From the NCBI RefSeq assembly GCF_021869535.1, contig NW_026262637.1, positions 14,446,001 through 14,510,000 on the forward strand: 64,000 nucleotides of DNA. Reading direction: 5' to 3'. This document shows positions 42,681 to 57,504 of the stretch, in pieces. This stretch comes from Mytilus californianus (taxonomy: Eukaryota). Position 1 is the stretch's first letter. Every line of letters starts with the position of its first letter. The notes beneath the pieces are model-generated. The model ran no database searches and was not told where the DNA came from. It worked only from the letters and a program-made list of their open reading frames with translations. Made by a program: the position numbers and the translations under genes.

Positions 42681-45600
42681 CTACGAATGCTTTGGCATCT
42701 CACTGTATTTATTAAGGACTTTTCTGTCTATTATAGTGAATTGCCTGATAAGTATATTTGAAGATGTAACTCGAGATTGTCCAGGTTGCTGTCCGCCTAT
42801 AAATAATTGTATCTTTCCTGAAAAAGAAATAAAATACTTTTTTCTTACACACTTTTCTACATTAATATGCATAACTGTAACCTATACTTGTGAAGTATAT
42901 CGCCACAAATTCAGTATTGAACAGATTGCATCAGAGAAAAAATGAAATACCATTTTATATAGCTTAACATAAGGTTTATATTTTTTGCTCAAGTATTGAA
43001 AATATCTATACGTATAAAAAAAAAAGAAAAAAAAACAACAGCTTTAAAAGGGGTTTGGAACAATTCATATTTTTCAAGCCAAACACTTTCAGACAGAAAT
43101 GATTACACACAATAGTTAATGCATATAATATAAACAAAGTACATTGAAGCACATTCAGTTTATAAATTGCCTTTTAATATACACATTTGAACGTTTCAAA
43201 GACAAAACAAAACATACAAGAACCTTGCAAATGATCTTTGTATTTCTATTATTCTTTAGCATTATAGCAATATCAAACAAAATAAGAAATACCTGGTTCA
43301 ATAACAAATCCTTCCTTGTCATCCCACACAGCCATAGATTCAGGTGATATATATAACAGAAAATTCAACACCTGTTTTGGTTCAAGATGTACTCTCCTGA
43401 ATGACACTAACTGAATATTTGGCATCTCTTGTGTGATGTTTGTCCATTTAAGGTAAATCTGTACTATCTGTAACAACAAGACTCAAACAAAAACAATGTC
43501 TGTTCGTTGTGTCCATACCCATAACGTTACTACAGTCAGTAGTATAATGTAAATCTATCTTTCTTATTTATTTCTTAGAGTGTTTGCAAATTACCCATAG
43601 ATCTATGAAAATGTTTTTTTTTTATGATACACTAATTGCGTTTGCATGCAAAGTTCAATGGTGTTGTAATATATAAAAAGGAATAAAAGGATCACTCGGC
43701 TCCTTTGAAAAAAAAAGAAAATCAAACATGACATATGACGACAGAAGTAAATCCTGTTGCATCAACAAGATTTCCGTGGAATATAAAATCACTTATGTGA
43801 TATACAAGTAAATGATCCGTTCTCTTTCTTGTAGAAGCGTTATAGTGGTTTTTATATTGCCAACTGTATATATATGTTGTGTGGGTCAAGATCTAAAAGA
43901 AGGTTTCTGTCAAATCTATTTTCTCGTGTTTTCTCAATTCATTGATAGACATATCTTGATACACAGAAATTGAAACATGTTTAGCATGTTCCTATTGTTT
44001 AAGTATAAGAATACTATACAGAGTATAAGTATACTTTAATTATGTTTACCTCATCTCCGGCATATGGACCATTATTGCCAACTTCAATTCTAATCCCTTG
44101 TTTGGTTCCAGCTGTGATAGATGGTTTCATCCATGCGTTGTAATAATAAAATTTGGAATATGATAATCCATAGCCGAATGGATATAGCGGTTTTCCTGTA
44201 AAATATCGGTAGGTTCTCTTGGACATGGAATAATCTGTCATTGATGGAATCTGAAATATTACATCTATATGGATTCAAATATTGGAGTGCTGTGAACTTC
44301 ATTATCCCATAAACAAAACTACGACAATATAAGGAATTCACGAGATGTTTAGTTTCAAATCTACTTTGAAGTTGATTTAACACTTATAAATTAGCTTCAT
44401 TACTCATCATTTATTGAATCTGTATTGCCATCACTATTAAAAGAGAATGAGGAGATACCAAAAGTGTAATGTCATAAAAGTTTTTCGTACACGTGATTAC
44501 AGAGGGTTTCTGCGAGCTCTGTACCATTTCATGTCCTTTGTGCAGAATTGTTAAAACTGTTTTAAATCATGAATTACCTAGCAGCAAGTTCATACTTTAT
44601 CCTTCTTTCTTTTAATATGTTTTGTTTTTAAAACAGTAGCTTGGTCACTATTGATGCCCGCAAAGTTGAAATATAAAGTTAAAGTTTATCAAATAACAAA
44701 TATGTGGACGATGTGAATTAATAATAAAATAACCTGGTTCTTATACATATACCACGTAAATGGCAGCCTTCCTGCAGGATTGGAGTTGTTTCCACTGTTG
44801 GTTAAAACCTGTTTAATGGCCTCACCAGTCGCTTGAGCAGGAAAAAAGCATTCCATAATGGAATAAATACGCGGATGTTCATCCATCCAAGTTATATTTA
44901 ATGGACCAGCATTGAATAGCAAAAGTACAATTGGACTTGATCCTAAAGAAAAATAGAACTAAAAATCTTAACTTAGATGTACTAGCGTTCCATCAACTTA
45001 ATGTACATGTTGAAAATTAGGAATTCCTACAGTTTGAAATCACATTTATTTCAGATGGTGTATGTTTGTGTTTAGGTAAGGGATGTTGCCGGATGGAATG
45101 GTCTGTTGCACTGTCCAGTTGTTTTGGTACTTCATGTTATTATTTTAATGTATTTCTATTAATACTGTTGGTCAATAGGTCTACATATGTACATTGGCAT
45201 TGTATGCTTTTCTGCAAATAATGTGGCATCCGTTACTAAATTTAATGGTCCTCTTTAAACTGAAAATAGATACTTTATATTTGTAAATTATATACACACT
45301 GGAATAAACTTGCTATTCATTGGCTGTTGTGACATTCTTATAAATGACATCATTTCTTATTCAATTACCAGAAAATCGAATGGCGTCTTTAACAATTTGA
45401 GACTGATTGACCGGAAGCTCCATGGACCTTCTGTCGTTATCTTCACTTTCTATTTCTTGTCCTGCAATAAAAGGTGTTGATAAACAAGACGAATTTATCT
45501 CAATATTCTTTTAACACGTTACATTATTTTAATATACAAAGTTAAATATAATACATAAATGCAAAAACCAACCTGTTCCGAGACAAATAAATATGACATC

Positions 45601-48600
45601 AACATTTTGCACTGCTGAGTTTATTGCTGAACTGCTGTAATGGGTGCACCTGTTGTCTTTACATCCGGCTGTGAAGTTAGTGACATCTGCCAACTGCTTC
45701 AGACCACCCAATGGAGTTGTGGTATACATTGGCATAACATCTGGGTTGTAGTTACCGAACTGCTGGTTTATATTATTTGCCATGGGTCCTAAAACCTAAT
45801 TACAAAACAACAAACATCTTTTGACCATCAATTCAATCATGTCAAATAATGCAGTCAGTCGATGTTTTAGACAACTAGCTATAAGTGTCATATTCGTTGA
45901 CTTCGATGAGTTAAGTACGGTTGTTTATTTTGCTATTTGAATTGAAATTATTTTTTTGTCTAACTACAAAACATCTGAAACTAAATTTGTTTTGGTATAT
46001 CTGAATGATGATACATAAATGATCTTTTAATGAGATTTCCATGTCCGACTTGTCTGAGATCTTTTTAGTTTTAAGATAATAGTTAAGGAGAAAAGATTTT
46101 GAAGCTGTCAAAGAATCAACTATCTCTAATGTGCAAGAATCAAACTTAACAAATTGGCCACGCTATATTGAAATAATTACATGGAAACTGAAAATACTCT
46201 GGTATGGGAATAAATAATTTGGAAATATGACTTACTGCAATTCTCTTTCGCATTTTCGTCAGTGGTAGAAAGCTACCATTATTCTTCAGAAGTACAAACG
46301 ATTTCTTAGCGGCATCTAAAGCAATCTGTCTGTGATCCTCACTCTGCACTAATGACATATCAAGATAGTTGTAAGGATTCATTCTCAAAGGATCAAATTC
46401 TCCAAGCTTCATTCTGGTGTAAAATAATGGCTTCACTGATTCTAAAACTGTTTCTTTTGACAATTTTCCAGCTTTGATTGCATCAACTGATCAAAATAAA
46501 ATTGTACTAGTATATAAATCCCAGTTTTCGATATCGCAGAAAAACACGAAAATCATCTATTGCCAAACTTTCTACACAGTTGGGATAATTTCATACTAGA
46601 CAGAAAATTAGCAAGATGTGTGATAACAGTGAAAGACAAATACATGTTTAAGACCTATTGAAAACCAAAATGAACTTGTTTTAATGTTTATTTGAAGGTC
46701 TCTTTATATCGGGACAAAAGTACCAACGAATTAGCTAGACATGTACTTTTACATCAAGATGGGATCACGGTCTGCTTCAAATAGAGTGTTGTAAATTGGA
46801 AAATTGCTGCGCACTTGTAATAGGAAATTCTAATTGTTCAAGAAGTTCTTCCCCTTAATGAATTCTTATAAAAACTGAGAGGAGTTATCAAGGGGCACTC
46901 AAAAATCATTGGTCTAATAAAAACAGATAACACCATGCTCAAAAATCATTGGTCTAATAAAATCAGACAACACCATGGTCAAAAATCATTGGTCTAATAA
47001 AATCAGACAACATCATGGCATAAAAGGAAACCGTCGAATGGACAAACGATAACAGAACATTAAACAGAAAACTAACACGAACCTCAATAAAAAAAACCGG
47101 AAGTGAACTCAGGCGCTAGGAAGAGTTAGCAGTCCCTACACCACATATGACATCGGTGGTGTTGCTCATGCAAGTAACAATTAGGTGATGAGTCGGATCA
47201 GTTAATGTCACAATCGAAGAACAGATGATGGAATTGTGGACAGGTCAGTGGTAATATGTGACAAAAACATTCCTTAATGGTGAACCAAATCATGATGGCG
47301 TTCCTGCAACTTTCGAAGGGATGACCTTAACTTTACCGTTTGGAACTCTTGATGCAATAGCTTCCTAACTTACTTGTAAGTACTAAAATAGAGGCGGAAT
47401 ATACTAATATGATACTCAAACTCATCAGTTGAAACCAGACTGACAACGTCATGGTAAAAAACGAAAAACGACCACCAGACTATTAAACAACATTCTACAA
47501 AACACAACATAGAAAACTTAAGACTGAGCAACACAAACCCCACCAAAGACCAGGGGTGATCTCAGGTGCTCCGGAATGGTATGCAGATCCTGCTCCACAT
47601 GTGGCACCTGTAGTGTTGCCCATGAAAGTAAAAATTAGGTAGATCAGTAAGTAAAGAGGACGGGATTGTGGTAACGACAATTGGAACATATCCGTCCTCA
47701 TCTATGAAACAAATATCCCAAACGGCCAACCAACTCGTGATGACTTCCGAAATACTCTATCAACGAAATCATGAAAAAGATACCACGCAAGCCCTTGAAC
47801 AGCATATCAACTGGGAAATATATACCCCATATGAAGCTGCCAGTGGAATGTTGCAACAAAGAAACATAAAGTTCATAATGAGAAAAATTGAAATCCTCGC
47901 GTTCGTCGTGAAGATTAGTTCTCAACCGACCTTCATTGAAAATTGCTAGATGTAAGGATATTAGGCATACTTTACTGTATGTTTTTGTTTTGTTATTTCA
48001 AGTTCAATGCGATAAATGCAGGCAATATAGCCACCGAACTTTGAATCATTCAGTGAATGGACATCATCTATAACGGAAAGTGAAGTTAAAGGATACTTTA
48101 AATATCAGTGTTGTATTTTCATAGAAAAAAAATCTTACGCATAGAAAAATAGATAGGTTTCTCCAAGTTGGTTGACAATTCCAAGTTACACCCTGCATTT
48201 ACACACAAAGCTACTGTGTCTATAGAGTTATTGGTGTAGTGGTGATAGTCTATGATGTTCTCTATAGCAGCCTGGTCACTCACCACGTAACCTGTAAATC
48301 CAAGCTCTTTACGGAGGATATCTGTCAGGAGTTTTCTGTTACCACATGCTGGCACCCCATTTATCCTTCAATATGACTGTATTCTTATAACATTGCATTT
48401 AGTTACACATTAAAATGTCATCATTTGGTAAATGATTTATAAATAAAAAGAGTTTTGGCATATAAATTATATAATCCAACAACACAATAAAAAAAAACAT
48501 CTTGAGGTGAACATACGGTCCCACAGGAATAATGCCTTAGAGTATGTCAAGCTCAAAGTTGTTCCGTGTAGTGAATAATCTTAAAAGGGACAATAATATT

Positions 48601-50986
48601 TAATTCTCCCCAATGGACAGAAAACACCAAGGTATAATCACAGAAATTTGACTTTTCCTTTCATGAGATACCAAGCCTATTCCTTCAAATTACATTTTAA
48701 ACAATTTTTTGTCGTTTTAATAAGCTTTAAGCAAACCTTTCGTCATAAGTTTATTTTTCAGCAAACTATGGCTTATTCATCTATACCTATTGAAGCTACA
48801 CATGAAACTGTAAGTTCCAGCTTCCACACACTTTTTAAAAGCAGGTAGAAATGTCAATCTCCAATCCCTTTCCGTCACCTGTAAAGATAGATAAATATAA
48901 TAAGTAACTTAATCAAAAGATTAGGATAATGATGATATATTCACAAAAATACATTAAGAAATCTTAACAATTCCACATCGCATTAATATAATTTTTTTTA
49001 TTGCAAAATAGATATATTAGCAAACCTTTGCGTCAAATGAGAATCTAGATACAGGAATATTTTCCGGTCCCCCATGGACATCCAGGTGTTTACAGCCAGC
49101 ATTAGTTCTGACATAACGTGGATTTCTTCCTTGTAATCCCTGGACAAAACTATAAGCTAGAGTTCCTGACAGGAGGGGATCTTCTCCATATGTCTCCTGA
49201 ATTATGAACCAATAATTATAAGAAAAATATAAGCTTTTTTTTTAAATATAGCATTTTCATAATAAAATCAGTGATACGTGATAGATCTAAATAGAGTCTA
49301 GCACTCATGTTATTAACTACTGTGAAAACAAATACGCAATCGCCTTGACTGCTAATGTATCTGGTAGTAAAATCCATGTTTGGGGCGTTCATATGCATGT
49401 CCGTTACAGGAAGCCGATGTCTCCTGTAGGGAACACACTCTCTAAACGATACAGAACCCTAGTAAAAACTCTTTGATTCTTTTTGGGCCATGTTATGGTA
49501 TGTTGGTCGGTAAAATTCTGCTCTATCCAACTGACACTTCTTTTTAGCAATGGGACTTTTAATACACATCTTTCGACCCACTTTGCAGAACATATCTGGT
49601 AGATTCATTGTTAATTTCTTCCCGTCCCTAATATAAATGTAACATTTGCCACTGTACATAGAACAAAGTACAAATATTTAACCTATCACAGAATTTAGCT
49701 ATTAGAAATGCACTCTTATACAAGACCACCATTTAATTGAATTGTTTAAGCAGTAAAGACTAAACTTTTTCTATGTTATATATTAATATGATTTTAATGT
49801 CACCACGGAATGTAGTTAATTTAAAACAATTAAAGGAATGAAAAGTTGACAACGAAAAGATTTTTTTTTACTAATACAAGGTCTAAACTTAAAAAGACAT
49901 GTGGTACACTATTAGTCAAACTATGATAATGAATTGATGTTCAGTGTCCAATGGCAAATATTACATGCATAACGAGACGAAAACATGTTAATTTGATATT
50001 GAAATAAAGCCTGCTTTGTACATGACCGACACGCTTTGTCGGAATTTTAACGTGCTCGTTATCAAGATTAAACAGAGGCATGTCATCCTATCATTATTCT
50101 TACTCCGGGTCGATCAGTCTCCTCTTCAAATGTTGCGTGCGTACTTACCATATACACAGAAAAAAGTAATTATCAAGACTTTGGTAAATTCAGTCGGGTA
50201 TCGAATCTACGACCTTACTAAGAAACTTACCTGATTCCGTCCCCATAGTGGATGTCTCATAATATTAACTACAGGACTAAAACAACTGATTCCCTTGTGG
50301 TCACCATAATGTTTATTTTCTCGAAAGAAGTTATATTTAGCTCTAACTTCTATACTTGTAGCTTCAGCAACGTTGTGGATTACGTCTGTGCTACATGCAA
50401 ATAAAAATTCAAACTTGTAAAGAAACATAAATGTACTAGTCTTAAATGAATAATACAAAATTACAAAACAATTAAAATACACGTACATTGTTGAGTGACA
50501 GTTATATGTAATATAATATATTGCAACATACCAGTTAAATTAGAATTAGCTAATCCAAGTCTGACTAGTACATGCGTTACAAAGTATTAGTTGTTTTCTA
50601 AACAGAAAAGAGAATGAGCGTCCACTCTATTTTCTATTTCTAAACACTTCTTACATATTTCTTTTAATATCGCGGACATACCTCCATGTAGCAGCTAATC
50701 CTAACGCCTGTGGAAAAGCCGTGGCATTACCAGAATTCCCATCTCCACGAAGACATTCGGTATTCCAACTCCAAGGATCAATCTTAAGTCTAGGTATAGC
50801 TGGTGCTGGACCACCATGGGGTCCGGACCCACCTCTACTCATCTGCACCATTATTTCTTCTATTGTGAGTCGGTTGATAAGATCGTTGACTCTGTCATGC
50901 CATGACAATGAGGTATTCCGAAATGGAAGTTCTCCGGCGGTAACTAAAGCAAGCGTTGTTACAAACAATAACAAAATATCCTCCAT
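42681..50986 (-). CDS. Secreted glycoside hydrolase family 3 beta-D-xylosidase-like protein, 12 exons, 747 aa
   Basis: Exons 50986-50682, 50390-50231, 49196-49026, 48878-48787, 48365-48139, 46486-46236, 45795-45573, 45461-45369, 44942-44734, 44250-44050, 43467-43293 and 42817-42681, all GT-AG and in phase (2244 nt). Motifs: signal peptide, TAFPQALGLAATW, RHPLWGRNQETYGEDP, CKH, FMCSFN, GYVVSDQ (nucleophile Asp), NPAGRLPFTWY, YPFGYGLSY and a C-terminal Fn3-like domain. Confidence 0.93.
46901..47020. repeat. 40-bp tandem repeat, ~3 copies
   Basis: AAAAATCATTGGTCTAATAAAATCAGACAACACCATGGTC. Confidence 0.85.
47085..48100 (-). mobile_element. Decayed Penelope-like RT fragment with two tail copies, in GH3 intron 5
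   Basis: Minus translation FNFTFRYIDDVHSLNDSKF...IYRIELEI...MRTNLHDEREDFNF, followed by the structured tail at 47525-47635 and a degenerate second tail at 47085-47170. Confidence 0.75.
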
Positions 50987-51484
50987 TATGAAAAATGTAT
51001 AATCACATGATAATGAATTGATGAACAAAAGAAATGTGTAGGTGTCAAAATAAATGTCATTTCAGTTTAATACGAGTCAAGATCATCAATTATAAAACAT
51101 TGTCACACATAAAACAATCATTTTGTTTTTATCCTACTTTACGGAAATTTTAATTTGTCTACTGACTAGATTTGTATATTGTGTGGAATTATATATTTTC
51201 GTTTCAAATGTTTCCTACTGGTTTGAATAGAATATTTCAGTCAATTTCCTTGATTATGTGGACTCTATTCTTTTGGCATCGTACCTCTTTACTTCTATGA
51301 AAGTAGGATTTGCTCTCTGCCAATTTCTCCTTCAATAGATTCCCTGTTATGAATTCTATGCGAAAGCCTACAGCTAGTTTTCAAATTTTTCTGATTACCA
51401 ATGTAGAATTTGATCATGGATATAAAGCAATGTGTATGTGATATATATAATGGCTTTGCTCCTTCTTTTGAAAATCGTATGGGG

Positions 51485-52352
51485 TTCCGCGTAACCATGT
51501 GTCTCGCCTACGATTGCTGCTGTCAGTGTTTAAGTGTAATGTTGACTTAAAAAGTGAGTCCATTTATCAGTAAGATACAGAATTAAAAAAAATATTCAAA
51601 CTTTTTCTTTAGATGCTATTTCTTGGTCTTGAAGATAAGCTTCTGTCCAAGTTTCATAACAATCCATGAAGGTTTACAAACTTATCATGTCAAAAAATTT
51701 AATCCCAGACTGTCTGTAAATGTTAACTGTAAAAAACTGAGTCCATCTATCAGAAAAATACTGAAAATGAAAGTATATTTTCAAAAGTTTGCTTCAGACA
51801 TTATCTCTTAATCATAAAAAAAAGCTTATGCCAAAGTTTCATAAAATACTACAAAGTATTCGATGTGCAACAAACTTTAACCCCAGACTATATCTACTTG
51901 TTAACAGTTACTGTAAAAAAACTAAGTCAATTTATCAGTAAAATATGGAAAAATGAAGAATGTCTGGATACTGTTATTTAGTCATTAACAAGCTTCTGTT
52001 CAATTTTCATAAAATTCCATGAAGCCAAGGTTTGACAAAGTTAGTGATGACTGAAAAATTTCAACCTCAGACTGAATCTGAATGTTAAGTGTAAAGAAAA
52101 AACAAGTCCATTTATCAGTAAAATATCGAAAAATGAAAATAAATATTTTCAAAATTTTGCTCTGAATACTGTATTCTGGTCATAAAGAAGCTTCTGTCCA
52201 AATTCCATAAAAATCCACGAAGGTCTGACAAAGTCATTGATGTATAAAAAAAACTTTAACCACAGACTGAACCTAAATGTTGAAGCCGACAACGTAATCT
52301 AGGATCGCTATGTCTCGCTTTCGCGACATAAATGTCGCAGACTCGACAATAA
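51485..52352 (-). mobile_element. HINE-like element (same end type as 28538-29352)
   Basis: Minus 5' TTTATTGTCGAGTCTGCGAC..GTCGCGAAAGCGAGACA; 3' AGGCGAGACA plus GGTT-ACGCGG-AACC hairpin. Confidence 0.7.
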
Positions 52353-52353
52353 A

Positions 52354-53312
52354 CTGCTTTGCTGAGCGCAGCTGGATACGCCCGCAGAGGTCCAACCCTG
52401 AACAGTTGGGACAAAAATGGACACAATATTCAAGCTTGATACAGGTCTGAATTTGGATTGTATTAAATATTTGACATATTATAGGTTTCTGAATAAATGT
52501 AGTCAAAGAACTTGAAATTGGGTATATGAATTGAATTTATATTCAATTAAAGATTTCTTGATGTTGTGCAATACACTGTGCTGTTGCGCAATACTTAGTA
52601 AATCTGTTGTCAGACTATAAACAAATAAAGTTCAATTAATTCTCAATGTCATATTAGAAATTTATGAAAATGTAAAGGGAGCTTACATCAATAGATATGA
52701 ACAATTCACCAAAGTTTCATGAGATTTGCTGACAGCATTTTTGAGTTATTGTCCGAAAACTGGAAAACCCCACAACTCAGAAACGTAAAATGTAAAATTT
52801 ATAAAATTCTAAACAGAGCTTACATCAATAGATATAAACAATTCACCAAAGTTTCATACAAACTGCTGAAAGCATTTTTGATTTTTTGTCCGAAAACTGG
52901 AAAATCCCCCTTTTTTTATGAATAAAACCCTGTAACTCGGAAACGTAAAATCTAAAATATATAAAAATCGAAAGGGAGCTCATGTCAATAGATATAAACA
53001 ATTCACCACAATTTCTTGCAAGTTGGTGAAAGCATTCTTGAGTTATTGTCCGAAAACAGGAAAATCCCCCTTTTTTTAATGAATAAAACCCCATAACTCG
53101 GAAACGTAAAATCTAAAATTTATAAAAAATGAAAGGGAGCTCACGTCAATAGATATAAACAATTCAACAAAGTTTTATGCAAATTGGTTAAAGCGTTTTT
53201 GAGTTAATGTCCGACATGTTGACGACGGACGGACAGACGGACGGACGGACGGACGGACGGACAGACGGACAACGGTAAACCATAATACATCCCGTAAACG
53301 GGCGTATGAAAA
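52354..53312 (-). mobile_element. HINE-like element with (GACG/GACA)n microsatellite and ~140-160-bp tandem repeats
   Basis: The 3' ~140 nt resemble the 3' end of 13938-16147. SubTIR pair ATACGCCCG / CGGGCGTAT; microsatellite at 53221-53270. Confidence 0.8.
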
Positions 53313-53519
53313 ATTTCGAATGGTTCCATTTCTATAATATAAGGTCGAAACTATGTTTAACCTATACACAATTACTTAAACAACGTGGTCTTGGGTGTAT
53401 TTCAAATAATCCAAAGGTTTTTAGCCTAATACTGCCATAAAGACTTATTTCGAGCAAGCTTGGAGTCATGTTTTTTTTTCCACTCAATACCTTGATTATG
53501 GGAAATACAAGACTATAAG

Positions 53520-54837
53520 AAGTCGATCTATAAAAAAAATTAAGATAACCTAACTATAAGTTGTTGATCATTTAAGCTGTTCGTTTTCTCTATATCTACA
53601 TATCTACTATATAGTTCTAAAGCTAATAGTCAAAACGCACAAATAGGTAAAATTTGTCATCTAAGGCCAGAAACTCCTATAAAGATTTGACAGTTTCAGT
53701 TATGTTGACTTATTACAGATCAATTTTTACAGGGAACAGTCTGTTTTCTTATCCTATTATAGTTATCAAAATAGCCATAAAAAATGCAAATATTATTTTG
53801 GTGATCATTTTTGTTGCTTAGTCTCCTTCTATCCACCCCGGCACTGAAACATCAATTGATACCAGATCCCATCATATTTTTCGCCCAAAACACCTAAGTA
53901 TCGGTTTTTACCGTCATATGAGGGCAATAAATGCAATGAGGTGACAATTACTTATTTCTGTCATGTTGAGGCATTTGTAGATCATCAGTTTGCTTTTCAA
54001 GTTTCTGATGAATCGTTTTACTTTTCAAGATAATAACCAAAAAAATCCAGAAACCAAATGTTAAAATCGTCATCTTATGGCAATATCTCTTAGTTGACTG
54101 TTAGCAATTTGATTTTATTCCTAGGTGTTGCCTTGCTGATCATTTTATCTCTTAAAGTTTCTCTCAATCGCTCTGTTTTCACCAAAAAGGTTGAAACAAA
54201 AGCATTCAAGTGGAACAGCTCCTATTTGACTGACAATTCGGTTATATAATTTTTTGGAGATTTTGTCTTGCTGTCATTTTCTGCTGGTGTGTTTCTTTAT
54301 ATCCATTGTGGTTTTGAAGATTACAGCTAGCACACAAAAATGATAAAAAAAATCAACATGTAAGGGCACTAACTCCTATAAGAAATAAATTGGAATTTCA
54401 ATCGTTTTGATTTATTTGTCTTGCTAGTCATTTTTTTATCCATAAAAGTTCAAGGATATAGCAAAAAATTCTGAAATTTGGTAAAAAATTTATATCAAGG
54501 GGCAGTATCTCCAAAACCGATTTCTGATTTTTCTTATAATTTCAGGGTAGATACATCTTGATCTACTAATCATTTAGATAGTCAATTGTTCTTACTGTTT
54601 AGGTTTTGGAGATACTAGCCAAAACCGAAATTTTACCTCTATGTTCCATTGTCACGTAGTAGCCATGTTTGTAATCTGATAGGAACAAAATGAGGATCGT
54701 TGTACAGGACATGCCATACATTATTAATGTTAAACTTAAAAGTATTTGGCATTGTGTTTTCAAAAGGGGAACAATGTACAATGGATGCAAATTGATGGCA
54801 TAAGCTCACATGGCCCTCAAGAGCCAGGTGAGGCATA
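53520..54837 (-). mobile_element. Diverged HINE-like element (GCTCACCTGG...GTGAGC end type), 3' end unclear
   Basis: 5' hairpin at ~54803-54837; the body resembles the 20291 and 59057 elements. Confidence 0.5.
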
Positions 54838-55479
54838 TATCATAAAAGTACAGATAGAAAAGCTACTGAAACAATCAGTTAATTACAATTTCTTCTTACA
54901 ACAATAGTATTGACTAATAATAAAATAATTTGCTAAATAAAGAGAGGTGAAAAGTAATCAATAAGGTTTCTGTTTGACATACTGGCACAATGCTAGAAAT
55001 CATTTTACTTTGAATCATGTCAAGTCAAAATTAAATGGTTTTTCACAACTTTATTGCCAGAATATAGAATAATCTTACAGTTCATCTTGAAAGATTTGAG
55101 TATTCTTTAATAGACTGATTATATGTTATATTGATTGATTGATTATTGGTTACTTAACATCCAGTGGCAAATAGTTCATGCATGATAAGGACGAGATTAT
55201 ATGTTATAAAGTTTACCCAATGCTTGGAACCACTAAACACAGACTGAGTTGTAATTTAACACATTTGATATTTGTTGTTCCAGAGTCTTCAATGATGAAC
55301 TTAGACAATTTGCAAGAACTTAAACTTAAACACTTACTCCAATTGTTGTTGCAAATAAAATAATTTGCTGAACCCTGATGTCTATTGTATGCTGGAACAT
55401 TCTTGTGCAAAGGCATGTTCTTTTCCTTGTTTATCAAAAAGTCAAGGTACAACAAAAGACCTGAAGAGTTAAAACTCAT

Positions 55480-56118
55480 AAATTGTTGACACAGAGATAT
55501 GTCTTTCCTGTATGTAATTTTTATAGTAAAATGCACATGTTGAAATTAAAATGACTATTTTGAAATATAAAATATTCAAAATCCATGAACTATGACTGAA
55601 GGCACAGGGCCAAATAATTTTCTTAGAAATAAGATATGCCAATTCTAATGCAACTGCAAACAAATATCATTGACTTTAATATCATAAGTGGTTCCCTTAA
55701 ACTGACCTATAAATCACAAACTTTAACATGTTAACTATATGCTACAGTTTCAAAGCCAATCCCCCAAAACTGAGGGCGCTGGGCCAAATAATCTCCATGG
55801 AAATAAAATGTACCAACGCTTATTCAACTGCACACCATATCATTCATTGACTTATCATAAGTGGTTCCCCTTAAACTGGCACTTGTTTGAAAGTCTCTAG
55901 ACCATGATTGAGGGGGTGATGCCAAATAATCTCTAGGGAAATGAGATGTGACAATGCTTATCCAACTGGTACCAAATATTGTTGACTTATCATAAGTTGT
56001 TCCCCTTGAACTGACCTAATCACAAACATTAACAAATTGCTGCCATCACCAATGACGTCACCAGAAACCGCATACCTAAGTCACATATTTTGACTCTATC
56101 AAGGCAAGGAGAGACAAA
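55480..56118 (-). mobile_element. Diverged HINE-like element related to 28538-29352
   Basis: Minus 5' TTTTTGTCTCTCCTTG..GAGTCAAAA..GACTTAGGTATGCGG; internal repeated TTGACTTATCATAAGTGGTTCCC. Confidence 0.55.
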
Positions 56119-57504
56119 AACTAATGTTTTTTATTAATCTTAATATATATGAATAATCAAGTAAATAATTTCATCTTCATCAGTTTATTTGTTATAAAAA
56201 ATATTCATTTAATAATTCATAACAAAAAATAAGATAAATCATCATTAACAAGATATGATTTCAGAATCTGAAGGACTGTAATTAATGTTGTTTGAACAAA
56301 ATGAATACAAGATTTAATCATTGGATGATTATCTATTTTTTAGGGAGCTGCTGTTCTATTCAGAACTTTTTAATGTTTCGCTCATGAAAATATTACCCAG
56401 AATGCTTCAGAATCTGAAATGGCAAATTACAGGAATTATCACATAATAAACAGAGATCACTATAAAAGTTTAACAATAGAATAATTAAATAATCTTTAGT
56501 GAAAACTCTCACATACCACATACCCTCATATAAATTATGATTCGAAACAGCAATTTTGTAATGCAAAAACCTTTTTCAAGTAATTTAGACCTTGACCTGA
56601 GACAAACTGACTTGAAAATCAATAGGGATCTTCCTTTTCATCTTCTTATTATATGTGTTAGATTGCAATCCCATACATGCATCCTTAACCACTTTTTGCA
56701 CAAATTTCTGTCATTTCTTTGTAGCTAGATTAACCTTCATATGTCTCTTGTATTCTGTGACACCTGTCACGGGTGAGACAAAAAATTGCACTTATCTTTA
56801 CATTCATGATAAGGATTCATGCAAAGAAGAGAAAATATATGACAGCAAATAAATATTTGATTATTTTGTTCCAATCTGATATAAATAATTTGAGTTAGCA
56901 TCATGAAACGAAAAAGACTGACAGACTGTCAGATAGGTCAAAAACTTTATAACCCACTACTACTTGGTATGCTAAAGTATGTCTATACAAGACTAGACCA
57001 GGTGGGATTGTGAGCATCTTTGACTAATTATGACTGGATGTTGTGTAATAATCTGCTGAATCAAGATTTTATTGCAAGTATCACAAATGCTTAACATTGC
57101 CCAATGAATAGAGCAAATAAAGACAAGATCAGGTGAAGCCTGTCATCCAATGAACTTATCTTACAAACATTTAATACACCAAATATGGTTGACTCATACT
57201 TATAGAATCTGAGAAACAGGTCAAATCACAAAAACTCCACGAAATGAGGTAAAGAGGTCAGGTGAACACTGTTTGGCAGACATGTATATACCGGTAGTTT
57301 GAAATGATTCTATATTAAATATAGTTGACCTATTACTCATCATAATTAAAAGGATAACAAGACAAATCATCTAATACAGTATATTTATGTAGTCACCAAA
57401 CCCTAAAAATCCTTATGTCTTGTATTCCACAACTTTATGGCAGGCAAGACAACATAATACTTTAAAAAATATAAAAAAATCCCCTCTATATCAAATCCAT
57501 CATT

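Noticed and set aside
31172-51002. Antisense or alternate-frame ORFs over the TRIM-like and GH3 exons (31279, 32090, 42661, 44090, 50721 and others)
   Set aside because: Shadows of real coding exons on the other strand or frame.
55178-56852. Possible small plus- or minus-strand exons (e.g. 56724-56770; ORF 55213-55536)
   Set aside because: They could not be chained into a consistent gene model and have no recognisable homology.
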